Source: an uncultured Alphaproteobacteria bacterium
GTDB taxonomy: Bacteria > Pseudomonadota > Alphaproteobacteria > HIMB59 > GCA-002718135
Assembly (NCBI GenBank): GCA_902621725.1
Contig: CACNND010000001.1
Location: forward strand, 8,562 to 72,561
Direction: 5' to 3'
DNA: 64,000 nt
Part shown: in pieces, positions 24,750 through 34,417 of the stretch
Numbering within the stretch: position 1 is the first letter of the stretch
Layout: every line of letters begins with the position of its first letter
Translations under genes and position numbers: made by a program
The notes under the pieces: model-generated
The model's input: only the letters and a program-made list of their open reading frames with translations
The model's database searches: none
What the model was told of the DNA's origin: nothing

Positions 24750-25295
24750 ATGAAATATCCTTTGATGCCAAAAGCTACAGCTATATGGCTTGTTGAAAAC
24801 ACAGCTTTAACATTCATTCAAATTGCTGAATTTTGTGGATTACATGAATTGGAAGTACAAGGTATCGCAGATGGAGAAGTAGCAGTTGGAATGAGAGGTT
24901 ATAATCCTATTGATAATAATCAATTAACTAAAGAAGAAATTGAAAGATGTGAAAAAGATAATGAGGCTCGTTTAAATTTAATCAAGTCTGATATAATCGA
25001 AGATCTACCTCCCAGGAAAAAAGATACTAAATATACCCCTCTATCTTTAAGGCAAGAAAAGCCATATGCAATACTGTGGTTAATTAAAAGATATCCAACA
25101 GAATTAAGTAGTTCCCAAATTGCAAAATTAACGGGTTCTACAAAAAATACCGTTGAGGCTATTAGAAATGGTACATATAGAGAGGCTGTGCTTGAAGCAA
25201 AAAGTCCGATGGATGTTGGTTTATGCACTTATAAAGAACTAGAAAGAACTTTAAATAGAACTAGAACAAAAAAAGTAGATCAGAAAACTAATTAA
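24750..25295 (+). CDS. trcR: DUF1013 protein / TrcR-like RNAP-associated regulator
   Basis: PLMPKATAIWLVENTALTF.QIAEFCGLHELEVQGIADG, YTPLS.RQEKP.AILWL. Start placed at ATG 24750 instead of the ORF-track TTG. Confidence 0.88.
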   Translation: MKYPLMPKATAIWLVENTALTFIQIAEFCGLHELEVQGIADGEVAVGMRGYNPIDNNQLTKEEIERCEKDNEARLNLIKSDIIEDLPPRKKDTKYTPLSLRQEKPYAILWLIKRYPTELSSSQIAKLTGSTKNTVEAIRNGTYREAVLEAKSPMDVGLCTYKELERTLNRTRTKKVDQKTN

Positions 25296-25800
25296 TTTTT
25301 ATTACATAGTTTAAATAATAGATCATTAATATAATCCAAAACATTATCATTATAGAAAAAAAAGTCGTAAGATCATTAATGTTTAAAATCCCAATAGGTT
25401 CACCCAAATAATATGTTAATGGCCCCAAAATTCCACTTAAAATAATTCCTAAAATTTTATAATTTTTAAAAAAAGTAAGAACTTCATCAAATAAAATACT
25501 AAAACTGAGCCATAATACTATCATCCATAATGGTAAAGTACCAAATTTAGAAACTGTATTAAATTCATATATTTGAAAATAAACCATTAATGTATCAAAA
25601 ATATATCCAGGAATAGAGATTAAAAGAAAAATCTTTATGAGTTTTTGTTTATTATAATTAAAATAAAAATAAATTATTAGAAAAATAATTCCAACCCAAA
25701 AACCTAATAGAGGATAAGAAAATTTAGACTCACCAAATACACAGGCTAACCATGTTACCTGGTATCCAGTCAGGACTGAAAAAATTTTTAGTTTATGCAT
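25288..25800 (-). CDS. DUF2878-family membrane protein
   Basis: GYQVTWLACV, GYIFDT, PLWMIVLW, GPLTYYLG; last gene of the cfa cassette. Confidence 0.8.
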   Translation of the reverse strand: MHKLKIFSVLTGYQVTWLACVFGESKFSYPLLGFWVGIIFLIIYFYFNYNKQKLIKIFLLISIPGYIFDTLMVYFQIYEFNTVSKFGTLPLWMIVLWLSFSILFDEVLTFFKNYKILGIILSGILGPLTYYLGEPIGILNINDLTTFFSIMIMFWIILMIYYLNYVIKIN

Positions 25801-25802
25801 TT

Positions 25803-26996
25803 CTATTTTTGAATTAAAAAATGAGAAACATCTGTTGAGTTATTTGCAAATCCAGTTTCACAATATGATAAATAAAATTCCCACATTCTTTTAAACTTTA
25901 TATCAAAACCAAATTTTGATAAATCATTCCAAGATTTTTGAAATTGATTGTTCCACATTTTTAATGTTTTTGCATAAGAACCTCCAAAACTTAAATTTTC
26001 GATACATTTTAATCCAACATCTTTTGCTGAATATTCAAATTGTTTTTTTGTTGGAAGCATTCCACCAGGAAAAATATATTGTTGAATAAAATCTGGTCTG
26101 TTTTGGTAAGCTTTAGCCTTCTTTTCATCAATTGTTATAACTTGGAGTGCAGCTATGCCACTTTCAGTAAGAGAATTACGAATAGTATTAAAGTAATTAT
26201 ACCAGTATTTTTTTCCAACTGCTTCAAACATTTCAATTGAAGCAATGTTTGAGTATTTTTTTTTGATATCTCGATAATCACTAAATATAACTGAAACTTT
26301 TTCTGACAATCCTTCATTTTGAATTTTTTTAGAAGCATATTCATATTGTTCTTTAGAAATAGTTATAGCATCAACAGAACAATTATAGTTTTTTGCAATA
26401 AATGTAGAAAATCCACCCCATCCACATCCAATTTCTAAAGTTTTAGAATTTGAATCTAATGATAATGTTTCAGCAATTTTTCTATATTTATTAAATTGTG
26501 CATTTGATAAATCAGTATTCTTATTATCAAAAAGAGCTGAAGAATAAGTCATAGTTTTATCAAGCCACTTTTCGTAAAAATTATTACCTAGATCATAATG
26601 ATATTTAATATTTTTTTTACTTTGTGATTTTGAGTTATTATTTAAAAAATGTTTTAGTTTGGCAAAAGCAGCAAAAAGGAGATTAGTATTTATACTTTGT
26701 AAAAAATAGCTCTCATTTTTATGAGATAGAAGTAATAAATTGGTTAAATCTGAACTTGAAAAGTAACCGTTCATATATGCTTCTGCAAAACCTACAGAAC
26801 CTTTTTTAAAAATTAAATTTAGAAAATTATAATTATAAATTTTGATACTTGCAGATATATCCTTCTCTTTTCCAACAAAAACTCTTTCCTCACCGGTAGG
26901 AAATTGAACTGTTAATTTTCCATATCGAATTTTAGATAAAAAGTTTAATAATAATTTTTCTACAGTTTTATCAAAATTTGTTTTAAAAAAATTCAT
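25803..26996 (-). CDS. cfa: Cyclopropane-fatty-acyl synthase family methyltransferase (UfaM-like)
   Basis: GFAEAYMNG, HYDLGNNFY..WLD.TMTYS, LEIGCGWGG, SIEMFEAVG, FIQQYIFPGG, RMWEFYL.YC. Confidence 0.93.
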   Translation of the reverse strand: MNFFKTNFDKTVEKLLLNFLSKIRYGKLTVQFPTGEERVFVGKEKDISASIKIYNYNFLNLIFKKGSVGFAEAYMNGYFSSSDLTNLLLLSHKNESYFLQSINTNLLFAAFAKLKHFLNNNSKSQSKKNIKYHYDLGNNFYEKWLDKTMTYSSALFDNKNTDLSNAQFNKYRKIAETLSLDSNSKTLEIGCGWGGFSTFIAKNYNCSVDAITISKEQYEYASKKIQNEGLSEKVSVIFSDYRDIKKKYSNIASIEMFEAVGKKYWYNYFNTIRNSLTESGIAALQVITIDEKKAKAYQNRPDFIQQYIFPGGMLPTKKQFEYSAKDVGLKCIENLSFGGSYAKTLKMWNNQFQKSWNDLSKFGFDIKFKRMWEFYLSYCETGFANNSTDVSHFLIQK

Positions 26997-27770
26997 TTAA
27001 AAATTACCTTCAAAACTCACTGTATCATTTGGTTTTTTTTTTCGTGCATAATATTTACCACCTTTATAAATTATCTTTAGAGCCTCATATAGGATTCCTG
27101 CCATTACCTTAAAACCAAAAAGTGGATTAAAATATAAAAATTTAAGCATATTTTTTGAGTTAAAATCTATAAATTTGCCATGCTGAGAAGCTGTTAAAAC
27201 TTTTTTATTATTTTTATCATAAAGATCAATATTAATATTTATTCTATCTTTTTGGATTCGATTAAAAAATTTATAATTTGCCTCCATTTCTATGAATGGA
27301 GATACATAAAACTGTTTAGCACATTCATGTGATAATTTAAAATCTTCAAAATTTACGTTTCCTTTAAAAATATAGGTGTGTTGTTCATTAGTCGTATTTT
27401 TGACTTCATAAAAAATAGAAATTAATTTTTTATCATCATAACAATAGATAATTGATAAAGGATCAAATACATATCCAAAAATTCTTGGAAAACACAATAT
27501 CATTATGTTAAGATTATTATATTTAATATTAAATTTAGAGAGAGAATCTTTAACGAATGTTTTTATTGCCCTTTTGTCTCTATATCCATGATCATTTTCA
27601 TATATAGAAAAAAGATTAAAAGAATTTACTGAAAAAAGTTTATAGTCTTTAGTTAATTGATCAAGATTATCCAAGTTAATAAAAAGACTTGGTACTTCAT
27701 ATTTCAATGTGTGTTTAAAAGGAATAAATCTTTTATGAATAATACTAGATAATAAAATTTGAGAAATCAT
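26997..27770 (-). CDS. DUF1365 protein (UfaO-like)
   Basis: HKRFIPFKH, PRIFGYVFDPLS, YEVKNT..EQHTY, KQFYVSPF, ILYEALK. Confidence 0.88.
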   Translation of the reverse strand: MISQILLSSIIHKRFIPFKHTLKYEVPSLFINLDNLDQLTKDYKLFSVNSFNLFSIYENDHGYRDKRAIKTFVKDSLSKFNIKYNNLNIMILCFPRIFGYVFDPLSIIYCYDDKKLISIFYEVKNTTNEQHTYIFKGNVNFEDFKLSHECAKQFYVSPFIEMEANYKFFNRIQKDRININIDLYDKNNKKVLTASQHGKFIDFNSKNMLKFLYFNPLFGFKVMAGILYEALKIIYKGGKYYARKKKPNDTVSFEGNF

Positions 27771-29062
27771 TGAAAATTAATTTGTAATCTATTATAAAAA
27801 TTTTTCTCTCTCTTCCAAGGTAAATCACATTGTAATAATTTACAAATATAAGAAGATGATTGAATTCCGTCTTCATGAAAACCATATCCAAGGTAAGCTC
27901 CACAGAAAAAAGTATTATTCTTTCCTTGAATCTCCATAACATTTTTTTGAGCTAAAATAGTATCTGTAGTATATATTGGGTGATCAAATGTTGTTTCGTT
28001 AATTATATTTTTAGGTTTTTTATAAGGATTAACTGTTACAAAATAATTTTGTTTAGTTGGTAATTTTTGCAATAAATTCATCCAATAAGTTAAAGTAAAT
28101 TTAGAAGATGATGATTTATTTAAAAAATTCCAACTTGACCAAGCAATTTTTGAATTAGGCATCAAAGATTGATCAGTGTGGAGTATTGCTGAGTTAGTTG
28201 AATATTTAAATTGTGAAAATATTTTTACTTCTTCTTCTGTCGGTTTTTCCAAAATATCCAGTACTTGATTAGCATGGGTTGCAAATATTACCTTATGAAA
28301 TTCTAATATATTATTTTTATCATCTTTTATTTTAATTTTATTTTTTCCTCTAACAATTTTTTTAATTTTAAAATTTGTTTCATACTTGAAAACATTTTTA
28401 TTAATAATTTCTTTTATATATTCATTGCTACCTCCTTCTACGTATTTCCATTGAGGTCTTTTTTTTAAATTAAATAGAGCATGATTTTTAAAAAAATTAA
28501 TAAATGTTATGAGAGGAAAATTTTTTACATCACTTATATTGCTTGACCATATAGATGATATCATAGGTAAAATATGATAATTTATTAGATATGTTGAAAA
28601 ATTATTAGTTTTTAAAAAATCATTTAAAGTTTTAGTTTGTTCTAAATCACTAACATTCAAACTGTTGCACAATAAATAGAGTTTTCTTATTTCAAATAAC
28701 ATTTTAAAAAAATTCAAAGAAAACACATTTGTAAAATTAGCAAAAAGAGAAAGGATATTTTTACCACTATATTCAATTAGAGGATCTTGATTTGAGACGG
28801 CAAAAGACATATCTGAATTTTTGCATTTCACATCGAGTAATTTAAAAAAATTTGTTAAATCTGGATAATTATTTTCATTGAATACTATAAATCCAGTATC
28901 GACCGGAATTGTCTTTGTTAATTCTTCAACATAAATAGTTCTTGTATGTCCACCCAATCTATTATTTTTTTCAAATAAATAAACATCGTATTTAGAAGAC
29001 AATAAGTAGGCTGCACTTATTCCTGAAATACCGGAACCAATAATTGCTAATTTTTCTTTCAC
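27767..29062 (-). CDS. FAD-dependent amine-oxidase-family oxidoreductase (UfaD-like)
   Basis: IIGSGISG, RLGGHTRT, VDTGFIVFN..NYP, LHTD.SLMP, WSSWN, GAYLGYGFHEDG. Confidence 0.88.
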   Translation of the reverse strand: MKEKLAIIGSGISGISAAYLLSSKYDVYLFEKNNRLGGHTRTIYVEELTKTIPVDTGFIVFNENNYPDLTNFFKLLDVKCKNSDMSFAVSNQDPLIEYSGKNILSLFANFTNVFSLNFFKMLFEIRKLYLLCNSLNVSDLEQTKTLNDFLKTNNFSTYLINYHILPMISSIWSSNISDVKNFPLITFINFFKNHALFNLKKRPQWKYVEGGSNEYIKEIINKNVFKYETNFKIKKIVRGKNKIKIKDDKNNILEFHKVIFATHANQVLDILEKPTEEEVKIFSQFKYSTNSAILHTDQSLMPNSKIAWSSWNFLNKSSSSKFTLTYWMNLLQKLPTKQNYFVTVNPYKKPKNIINETTFDHPIYTTDTILAQKNVMEIQGKNNTFFCGAYLGYGFHEDGIQSSSYICKLLQCDLPWKREKNFYNRLQINFQ

Positions 29063-29063
29063 A

Positions 29064-30485
29064 TCAACTAATAGTTTTAAATGCTGATAATGCTCTATTT
29101 CTTGTTTCTTTTAAATCTACAATCGGTAATGGATATGAGTTACCAATCTCAAAATTATATTTCTTTTGGTCTTCCTTAGACATCTCCCAGGGATTATGAA
29201 TATATTTTTTTGGAATATTATTCAACTCAGGAACAAATTCTTTTACATAATCACCATCTGGATCAAATTTTTGGCCCTGCAAAATTGGATTAAAAATTCT
29301 AAAATATGGACTTGCATCAGCGCCACAACCAGAAATCCATTGCCAACCTGCAGAATTAGAACCAACATCAGCATCAACTAAAGTATCAAAAAACCACTCT
29401 TCTCCATTTTTCCAGTGCAACAATAAATTTTTTGTTAAAAATGAACCTACAATCATTCTTACTCTATTGTGCATCCACCCTGTTTTATATAGCTGTCTCA
29501 TTCCAGCATCAACAATTGGAATTCCAGTTTTACCATTATGCCATAATGATAGATGTTTATTATTTTTTATCCATGGAAATTTATTAAATTTAGCTTGTAT
29601 AGGTTTTTGGATCATATCTGGATAATGAAACAAAAGATTATAAGAAAAATCTCTCCAACCAAGTTCAGCAAGAAATTTTTTTTTGTCTTCAGGATTAATT
29701 TTTTTTTCATTATTAACTGTATCATAAACTTTCAAAGCAGATATTTCTCCAAAATGAAGATAAGGTGATAATTTTGAAGTTAAATCTTTATCTGGTCTAT
29801 CTCTTCCAACTGAATAGTTGTTTGCTTTTTCTGAAATATATTTTTTTAATTGTAATTTTGCATTACTTTCACCAGGTGTCCAATATTTTTCAATTTTTTT
29901 AATCCATTGATCTTTTTTGTTTGTTAAATTTAAATCTTGTATAGTTACTTCATTTTTAAATTTTGAATTGGCGAAACTTATTTTAGTTTTTATTAATTTA
30001 TTATCTTTTAGTTTTAGTAATTCATCACAATGTCGCCAGTAAGGAGTAAATACTTTAAAAAAGGTTCCAGTTTTATTTTTAATATTCCAAGGTTCGTTTA
30101 GAAGATATCCATTGTGTGAATCACATTCAATTTTAGAAGAAATAACTGAAGTTTTTATTTTAATATCTCTTTCAATTGAATATGGATCGTATAGTCTATT
30201 CCAAGATATACATTCAATATTTGAGTTCTTTAATATTGAAGATATAATTTTCTCTGGATCACCAGCAAATATATTAAGTTTTCCATTATGCTTTTGTATT
30301 GAATAATATAAACTAATTAAAGATTTTTCTAACCACCATTTGGATGTTGATCCTATTCTTTGATTTAAATCAAAAATATAAATTGGGATTATTTGATCAA
30401 CTTTTTTTGAAAGTGACAATATAGATGGATTTTCTTGTAATCGTAAATCTTGTCTAAACCAATGAACCCCATAAGTTACTGTCAT
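29064..30485 (-). CDS. phrB: Class I CPD DNA photolyase
   Basis: WFRQDLRLQEN, TSKLSPYLHFG, GKTGIPIVDAGMRQL..TGWMHNRVRM, WQW..G.GADASPYFRIFNP. Confidence 0.96.
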   Translation of the reverse strand: MTVTYGVHWFRQDLRLQENPSILSLSKKVDQIIPIYIFDLNQRIGSTSKWWLEKSLISLYYSIQKHNGKLNIFAGDPEKIISSILKNSNIECISWNRLYDPYSIERDIKIKTSVISSKIECDSHNGYLLNEPWNIKNKTGTFFKVFTPYWRHCDELLKLKDNKLIKTKISFANSKFKNEVTIQDLNLTNKKDQWIKKIEKYWTPGESNAKLQLKKYISEKANNYSVGRDRPDKDLTSKLSPYLHFGEISALKVYDTVNNEKKINPEDKKKFLAELGWRDFSYNLLFHYPDMIQKPIQAKFNKFPWIKNNKHLSLWHNGKTGIPIVDAGMRQLYKTGWMHNRVRMIVGSFLTKNLLLHWKNGEEWFFDTLVDADVGSNSAGWQWISGCGADASPYFRIFNPILQGQKFDPDGDYVKEFVPELNNIPKKYIHNPWEMSKEDQKKYNFEIGNSYPLPIVDLKETRNRALSAFKTIS

Positions 30486-30531
30486 AATTTTAAATTATGT
30501 TAATTTAGAATAAATTAAAGAGGTAAATCTA

Positions 30532-30726
30532 TTATTTACTATGAGGAGGCATTTTTTTTTCTACAAACCAAACGTGTTTTTTTAACACAGGATCATATTT
30601 TTTCATTCGAAGCTTTTCAGCAACTTTCAACCCTTTTGTTGGTTTTCTTACAATATACTTGGTTCCTGTTTTTGGATTTTCTTCAGGAACTAGTTGTTTT
30701 AGAGCGAATGAAGTTTTTTTTGCCAT
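30532..30726 (-). CDS. rpmG: 50S ribosomal protein L33 (divergent, Cys-free)
   Basis: MAKK..., TG..Y, KLRMKKYDPVLKKHVWFVEKK C-terminal signature. Confidence 0.85.
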   Translation of the reverse strand: MAKKTSFALKQLVPEENPKTGTKYIVRKPTKGLKVAEKLRMKKYDPVLKKHVWFVEKKMPPHSK

Positions 30727-30767
30727 GAGGTGTCTATACAGAATAATTATATGAAATAAAGTATTAT

Positions 30768-31703
30768 TTATTCATAATCAGAAATTGACTGCTTAATAAA
30801 ACGGTTAAAATTTCCTCTTTTTTTATCAAGTTTAATTTGTTTATTTCTTTCAAGTAAGTTTTTTTTCTTTTCATCAGATGTTTTATGGAAACAATTATGA
30901 CAAGATACACCTGGGTTATAGTATTTAGAATATGTATCTTTATCACTAATCGGTAAACGACAAGCATGACAAAGTTTGTAAGTTCCATCTTTTAATTCAT
31001 TTTTCAAAGACACTCTTCCATCAAATACAAAACATTCACCATTCCACATTGAATCTTTTTTTGGAGTTTTTTCTAAATACTTTAGTATACCTCCATCTAA
31101 CTGAGCAACATTTTTAAAACCCTTCATCATCATATAAGATGAAGCTTTTTCACACCTGATACCACCAGTGCAAAACATTGCAATTTTTTTATCTTTTGAT
31201 TTATTTAGTTTTTTTTGGACAAAAGATTTAAAGTCAGTAAAACTTTTAGTTTTTGGATTAATTGCTCCTTCAAAAGATCCTATTTTAACCTCAAATTCAT
31301 TTCTTACATCAATCAAAATAGTATTATTGTCTTTAATTAGTTTATTCCATTCATCGTATTTAACTTTTTTACCAGATATTTGTGCAGGATTAGCAAATTT
31401 GGTTCTTAATGTGACTATTTCATTTTTATTTCTTATTTTTAATTTTTGAAAGGGCATATATTTGTATTTTGATCGTTTAAGATTAAGTTTCTCAAAACTA
31501 CAATTTTCAAGAAATAGAATGAATGAATTTATATTTTTATCTAAGCCAGCTATTGTTCCATTAATGCCTTCTTCAGCAATCAATATTGTACCTTTTATTT
31601 TATTAAATTTACAAAAATCTTTAAGTTTAGTAATGATATCATTTTTATCTTTAATTATTTTAAATTGATAAAAAGTAATTATAGTAAAGTACTTGTTGTT
31701 CAT
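30768..31703 (-). CDS. trhO: tRNA uridine(34) hydroxylase TrhO (YceA/UPF0176 rhodanese)
   Basis: GTILIAEEGINGT, IDVRN.FE, FCTGGIRCEKAS, LDGGILKY, GECFVFD.R, C-terminal Cys cluster. Confidence 0.93.
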   Translation of the reverse strand: MNNKYFTIITFYQFKIIKDKNDIITKLKDFCKFNKIKGTILIAEEGINGTIAGLDKNINSFILFLENCSFEKLNLKRSKYKYMPFQKLKIRNKNEIVTLRTKFANPAQISGKKVKYDEWNKLIKDNNTILIDVRNEFEVKIGSFEGAINPKTKSFTDFKSFVQKKLNKSKDKKIAMFCTGGIRCEKASSYMMMKGFKNVAQLDGGILKYLEKTPKKDSMWNGECFVFDGRVSLKNELKDGTYKLCHACRLPISDKDTYSKYYNPGVSCHNCFHKTSDEKKKNLLERNKQIKLDKKRGNFNRFIKQSISDYE

Positions 31704-31736
31704 TTATCTAATTAATATAAAAAACTTTAAAAATTT

Positions 31737-32630
31737 ATGTCTAAAGAAACTATTAATATTGTTAAAAATTTTCTCAATAGTTATTCTATAGAAACAACTC
31801 CAAATGTTTACGAAAAATATGGAGGCTTTTCTGAATTTCTTAATAAAAATCATGATGTTTATATAACTTATTTACCAGATGAAAATTCAAAAAATGTTAT
31901 TAGAACGGCAAAAAAATTAAAATTAGAAGGTTATGATGTTATACCTCATTTACCTGCAAGAACTATTATAAATAAAAATGAATTAGAAAAATATATTGGT
32001 GAACTTGCAAATGAATCTGGGTGTTCAAAAATTTTAATTATTGGTGGTGGTGGAAATCAAGCTGGCGAAATCTCTTCTTCAATTGATGTTTTAAAAACAG
32101 ATTTTCTTTCAAAATATAATTATCAATTTGTAGGTGTGGCTGGACATCCCGAAGGAAGCCCAGATATTTCAAATGAAAATTTAGATTTAGCAATTAAACA
32201 AAAAAATGATTTTGCAAAAAATGCTGATTTTAAAATGTATTTAGCAACACAATTTTTTTTTGAAGCTAAATCTTTAATCGATTGGGAAAAACACTTAGTA
32301 AAAATTGGAAATCAATTACCAATACATGCTGGAATACCCGGTCCTGCCTCAATTAAAACATTAATAAATTATGCAAGGTCTTGTGGTATTGGAAATTCTT
32401 TGAGATTTATTACAAAACAAGCCTTTAACTTAACAAAACTTGCAACATTGAACACTCCTGACAAATTAATTTATGATCTTGCTGAACATAGTAAAATAAA
32501 CAAAAGCTCTAAACTTGAAAAGATACACTTCTACGCGTTTGGTGGTATGAAAAAAACTTCAGAGTGGTTAAATCAATTTAATGACTCAGATTTTTCTTAT
32601 AATAATAAAGAGAAATTCGAGTTAAATTAG
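31737..32630 (+). CDS. metF: Methylenetetrahydrofolate reductase-like flavoprotein
   Basis: PHLPAR, GVAGHPEG, LATQFFFE, HAGIPGP, HFYAFGG; directly upstream of fhs. Confidence 0.82.
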   Translation: MSKETINIVKNFLNSYSIETTPNVYEKYGGFSEFLNKNHDVYITYLPDENSKNVIRTAKKLKLEGYDVIPHLPARTIINKNELEKYIGELANESGCSKILIIGGGGNQAGEISSSIDVLKTDFLSKYNYQFVGVAGHPEGSPDISNENLDLAIKQKNDFAKNADFKMYLATQFFFEAKSLIDWEKHLVKIGNQLPIHAGIPGPASIKTLINYARSCGIGNSLRFITKQAFNLTKLATLNTPDKLIYDLAEHSKINKSSKLEKIHFYAFGGMKKTSEWLNQFNDSDFSYNNKEKFELN

Positions 32631-32723
32631 ATTCTTCACAATTTTTTAATTTTTTATTGAAACAAAAGTTGTTTGATATTGAAGTTAATTTATAGATTAA
32701 GTATCTAATAATTAAGGAGTCTC

Positions 32724-34397
32724 ATGTCAGATATTGAAATAGCAAGAAAAGCTAAAATGAAGCCTATTAGTGAAATTCTAAATAGACTTGATGTACCAGA
32801 CACACCTGAAGCATTCAGTCCTATGGGTCGTCACATAGCAAAAATTAACTTGGAGTACGTTGAGTCACTTAATAAAAATAAAGATGGTAAACTTGTTCTA
32901 GTCTCAGCAATAACTCCAACACCAGCAGGAGAAGGTAAAACGACAACCTCTGTTGGATTAAGCGACGGTCTTAATAAATTAGGAAAGAAATCTATTGTTT
33001 GTTTAAGAGAACCAAGTCTTGGACCATCATTTGGTATGAAAGGCGGAGCAGCTGGTGGAGGCTATGCTCAAGTAGTTCCAATGGAGCAAATTAATTTACA
33101 TTTTACTGGAGATTTTCATGCTATTACTTCCGCTCACAATTTACTTTCTGCATTAATTGATAATCATATTTACTGGGGAAATAAATTAAATATTGATGTT
33201 AGAAGAGTTGTTTGGAAGAGAGTGATGGATATGAATGATAGATCACTCAGATCTATTGTAGTTGATTTAGGAGGAGTTGCGAATGGATATCCTAGACAAG
33301 ATGGTTTTGATATTACTGTTGCATCTGAGATAATGGCAATTTTTTGCTTAGCTAAAGACTTAAAAGATCTTGAAGATAGAATTGGAAATATAACTATTGC
33401 ATATACACGAGACAAAAAAGCTATTTATGCAAAAGATTTAAAGGCACAAGGTCCAATGACAGTATTACTAAAAGATGCCATTAGACCAAACGTAACACAA
33501 ACGTTAGAAAATAATCCTGCTATAATTCATGGTGGACCATTTGCAAATATTGCCCATGGTTGCAATTCTGTTATTGCAACTAAAGCTAGTCTAAAACTAG
33601 GTGACTATGTTGTAACTGAAGCAGGCTTTGGAGCTGATTTAGGAGCAGAAAAATTCCTTGATATAAAATGTAGAAAATCAAATTTAAAACCTGATTGTGT
33701 GGTTTTAGTTGCTACAATTAGAGCACTAAAGATGCATGGAGATGTTTCTAAAGAAGACTTGAAAAATGAAAATGTAAATGCACTTAAAATTGGTTTAGTA
33801 AATTTAGAAAGACACATAAACAATATAAGGAAATTTGGATTACCAGTTACTGTTGCAATTAATCATTTTGTTTCTGATTCTAAAGCTGAAGTTGATGCTG
33901 TCCTAGATTTTTGTAAAACTCAAGGAGTGAAAGCTTCTATGTGTACTCACTGGTCAGATGGTGGTGATGGTGCAACAGAATTAGCTCAAAATGTAATAGA
34001 TATTTGTGAAGAAAGTAAAAGTACATTTAAATTTTTATATGAAGATGATTTAAATCTATTCAAAAAAATAGAAAAAATTGCACAGGAGATTTATCACGCA
34101 AGTGAAGTAGTCGCAGACACAAAAGTGCGTCAACAATTGAAGGATTTTGAAGCTAAAGGGTTTGGCAAATTGCCTGTTTGCATTGCAAAAACTCAATATA
34201 GTTTTTCAACTGACCCTAATTTAAAAGGTGCGCCTACTGGCCACGTTTTACCTATTAGAGAAGTAAGGTTGTCATCGGGAGCAGAATTCATAGTAGTTGT
34301 CTGCGGCGATATTATGACCATGCCTGGTCTACCAAGTATTCCTGCGGCAAATTCGATAAAGCTAAATGACCATGGAGAAATTGAAGGTCTTTTTTAA
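32724..34397 (+). CDS. fhs: Formate--tetrahydrofolate ligase
   Basis: [55 protein letters not shown]; RBS AAGGAG. Confidence 0.99.
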   Translation: MSDIEIARKAKMKPISEILNRLDVPDTPEAFSPMGRHIAKINLEYVESLNKNKDGKLVLVSAITPTPAGEGKTTTSVGLSDGLNKLGKKSIVCLREPSLGPSFGMKGGAAGGGYAQVVPMEQINLHFTGDFHAITSAHNLLSALIDNHIYWGNKLNIDVRRVVWKRVMDMNDRSLRSIVVDLGGVANGYPRQDGFDITVASEIMAIFCLAKDLKDLEDRIGNITIAYTRDKKAIYAKDLKAQGPMTVLLKDAIRPNVTQTLENNPAIIHGGPFANIAHGCNSVIATKASLKLGDYVVTEAGFGADLGAEKFLDIKCRKSNLKPDCVVLVATIRALKMHGDVSKEDLKNENVNALKIGLVNLERHINNIRKFGLPVTVAINHFVSDSKAEVDAVLDFCKTQGVKASMCTHWSDGGDGATELAQNVIDICEESKSTFKFLYEDDLNLFKKIEKIAQEIYHASEVVADTKVRQQLKDFEAKGFGKLPVCIAKTQYSFSTDPNLKGAPTGHVLPIREVRLSSGAEFIVVVCGDIMTMPGLPSIPAANSIKLNDHGEIEGLF

Positions 34398-34409
34398 AAC
34401 TGCTATAAT
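34381..34409 (+). promoter_or_regulatory. Putative sigma-70 promoter for soxBDAG
   Basis: TTGAAG (34381-86), 17-bp spacer, TATAAT (34404-09) with extended TGn; the soxB ATG follows 8 bp later. Confidence 0.6.
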
Positions 34410-34417
34410 GGGGTATA

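Noticed and set aside
30590-30595. TGATCC (RpoE -35-like) on the minus strand upstream of phrB
   Set aside because: Explained by the conserved YDP codons of L33, and no matching -10 at the expected spacing.
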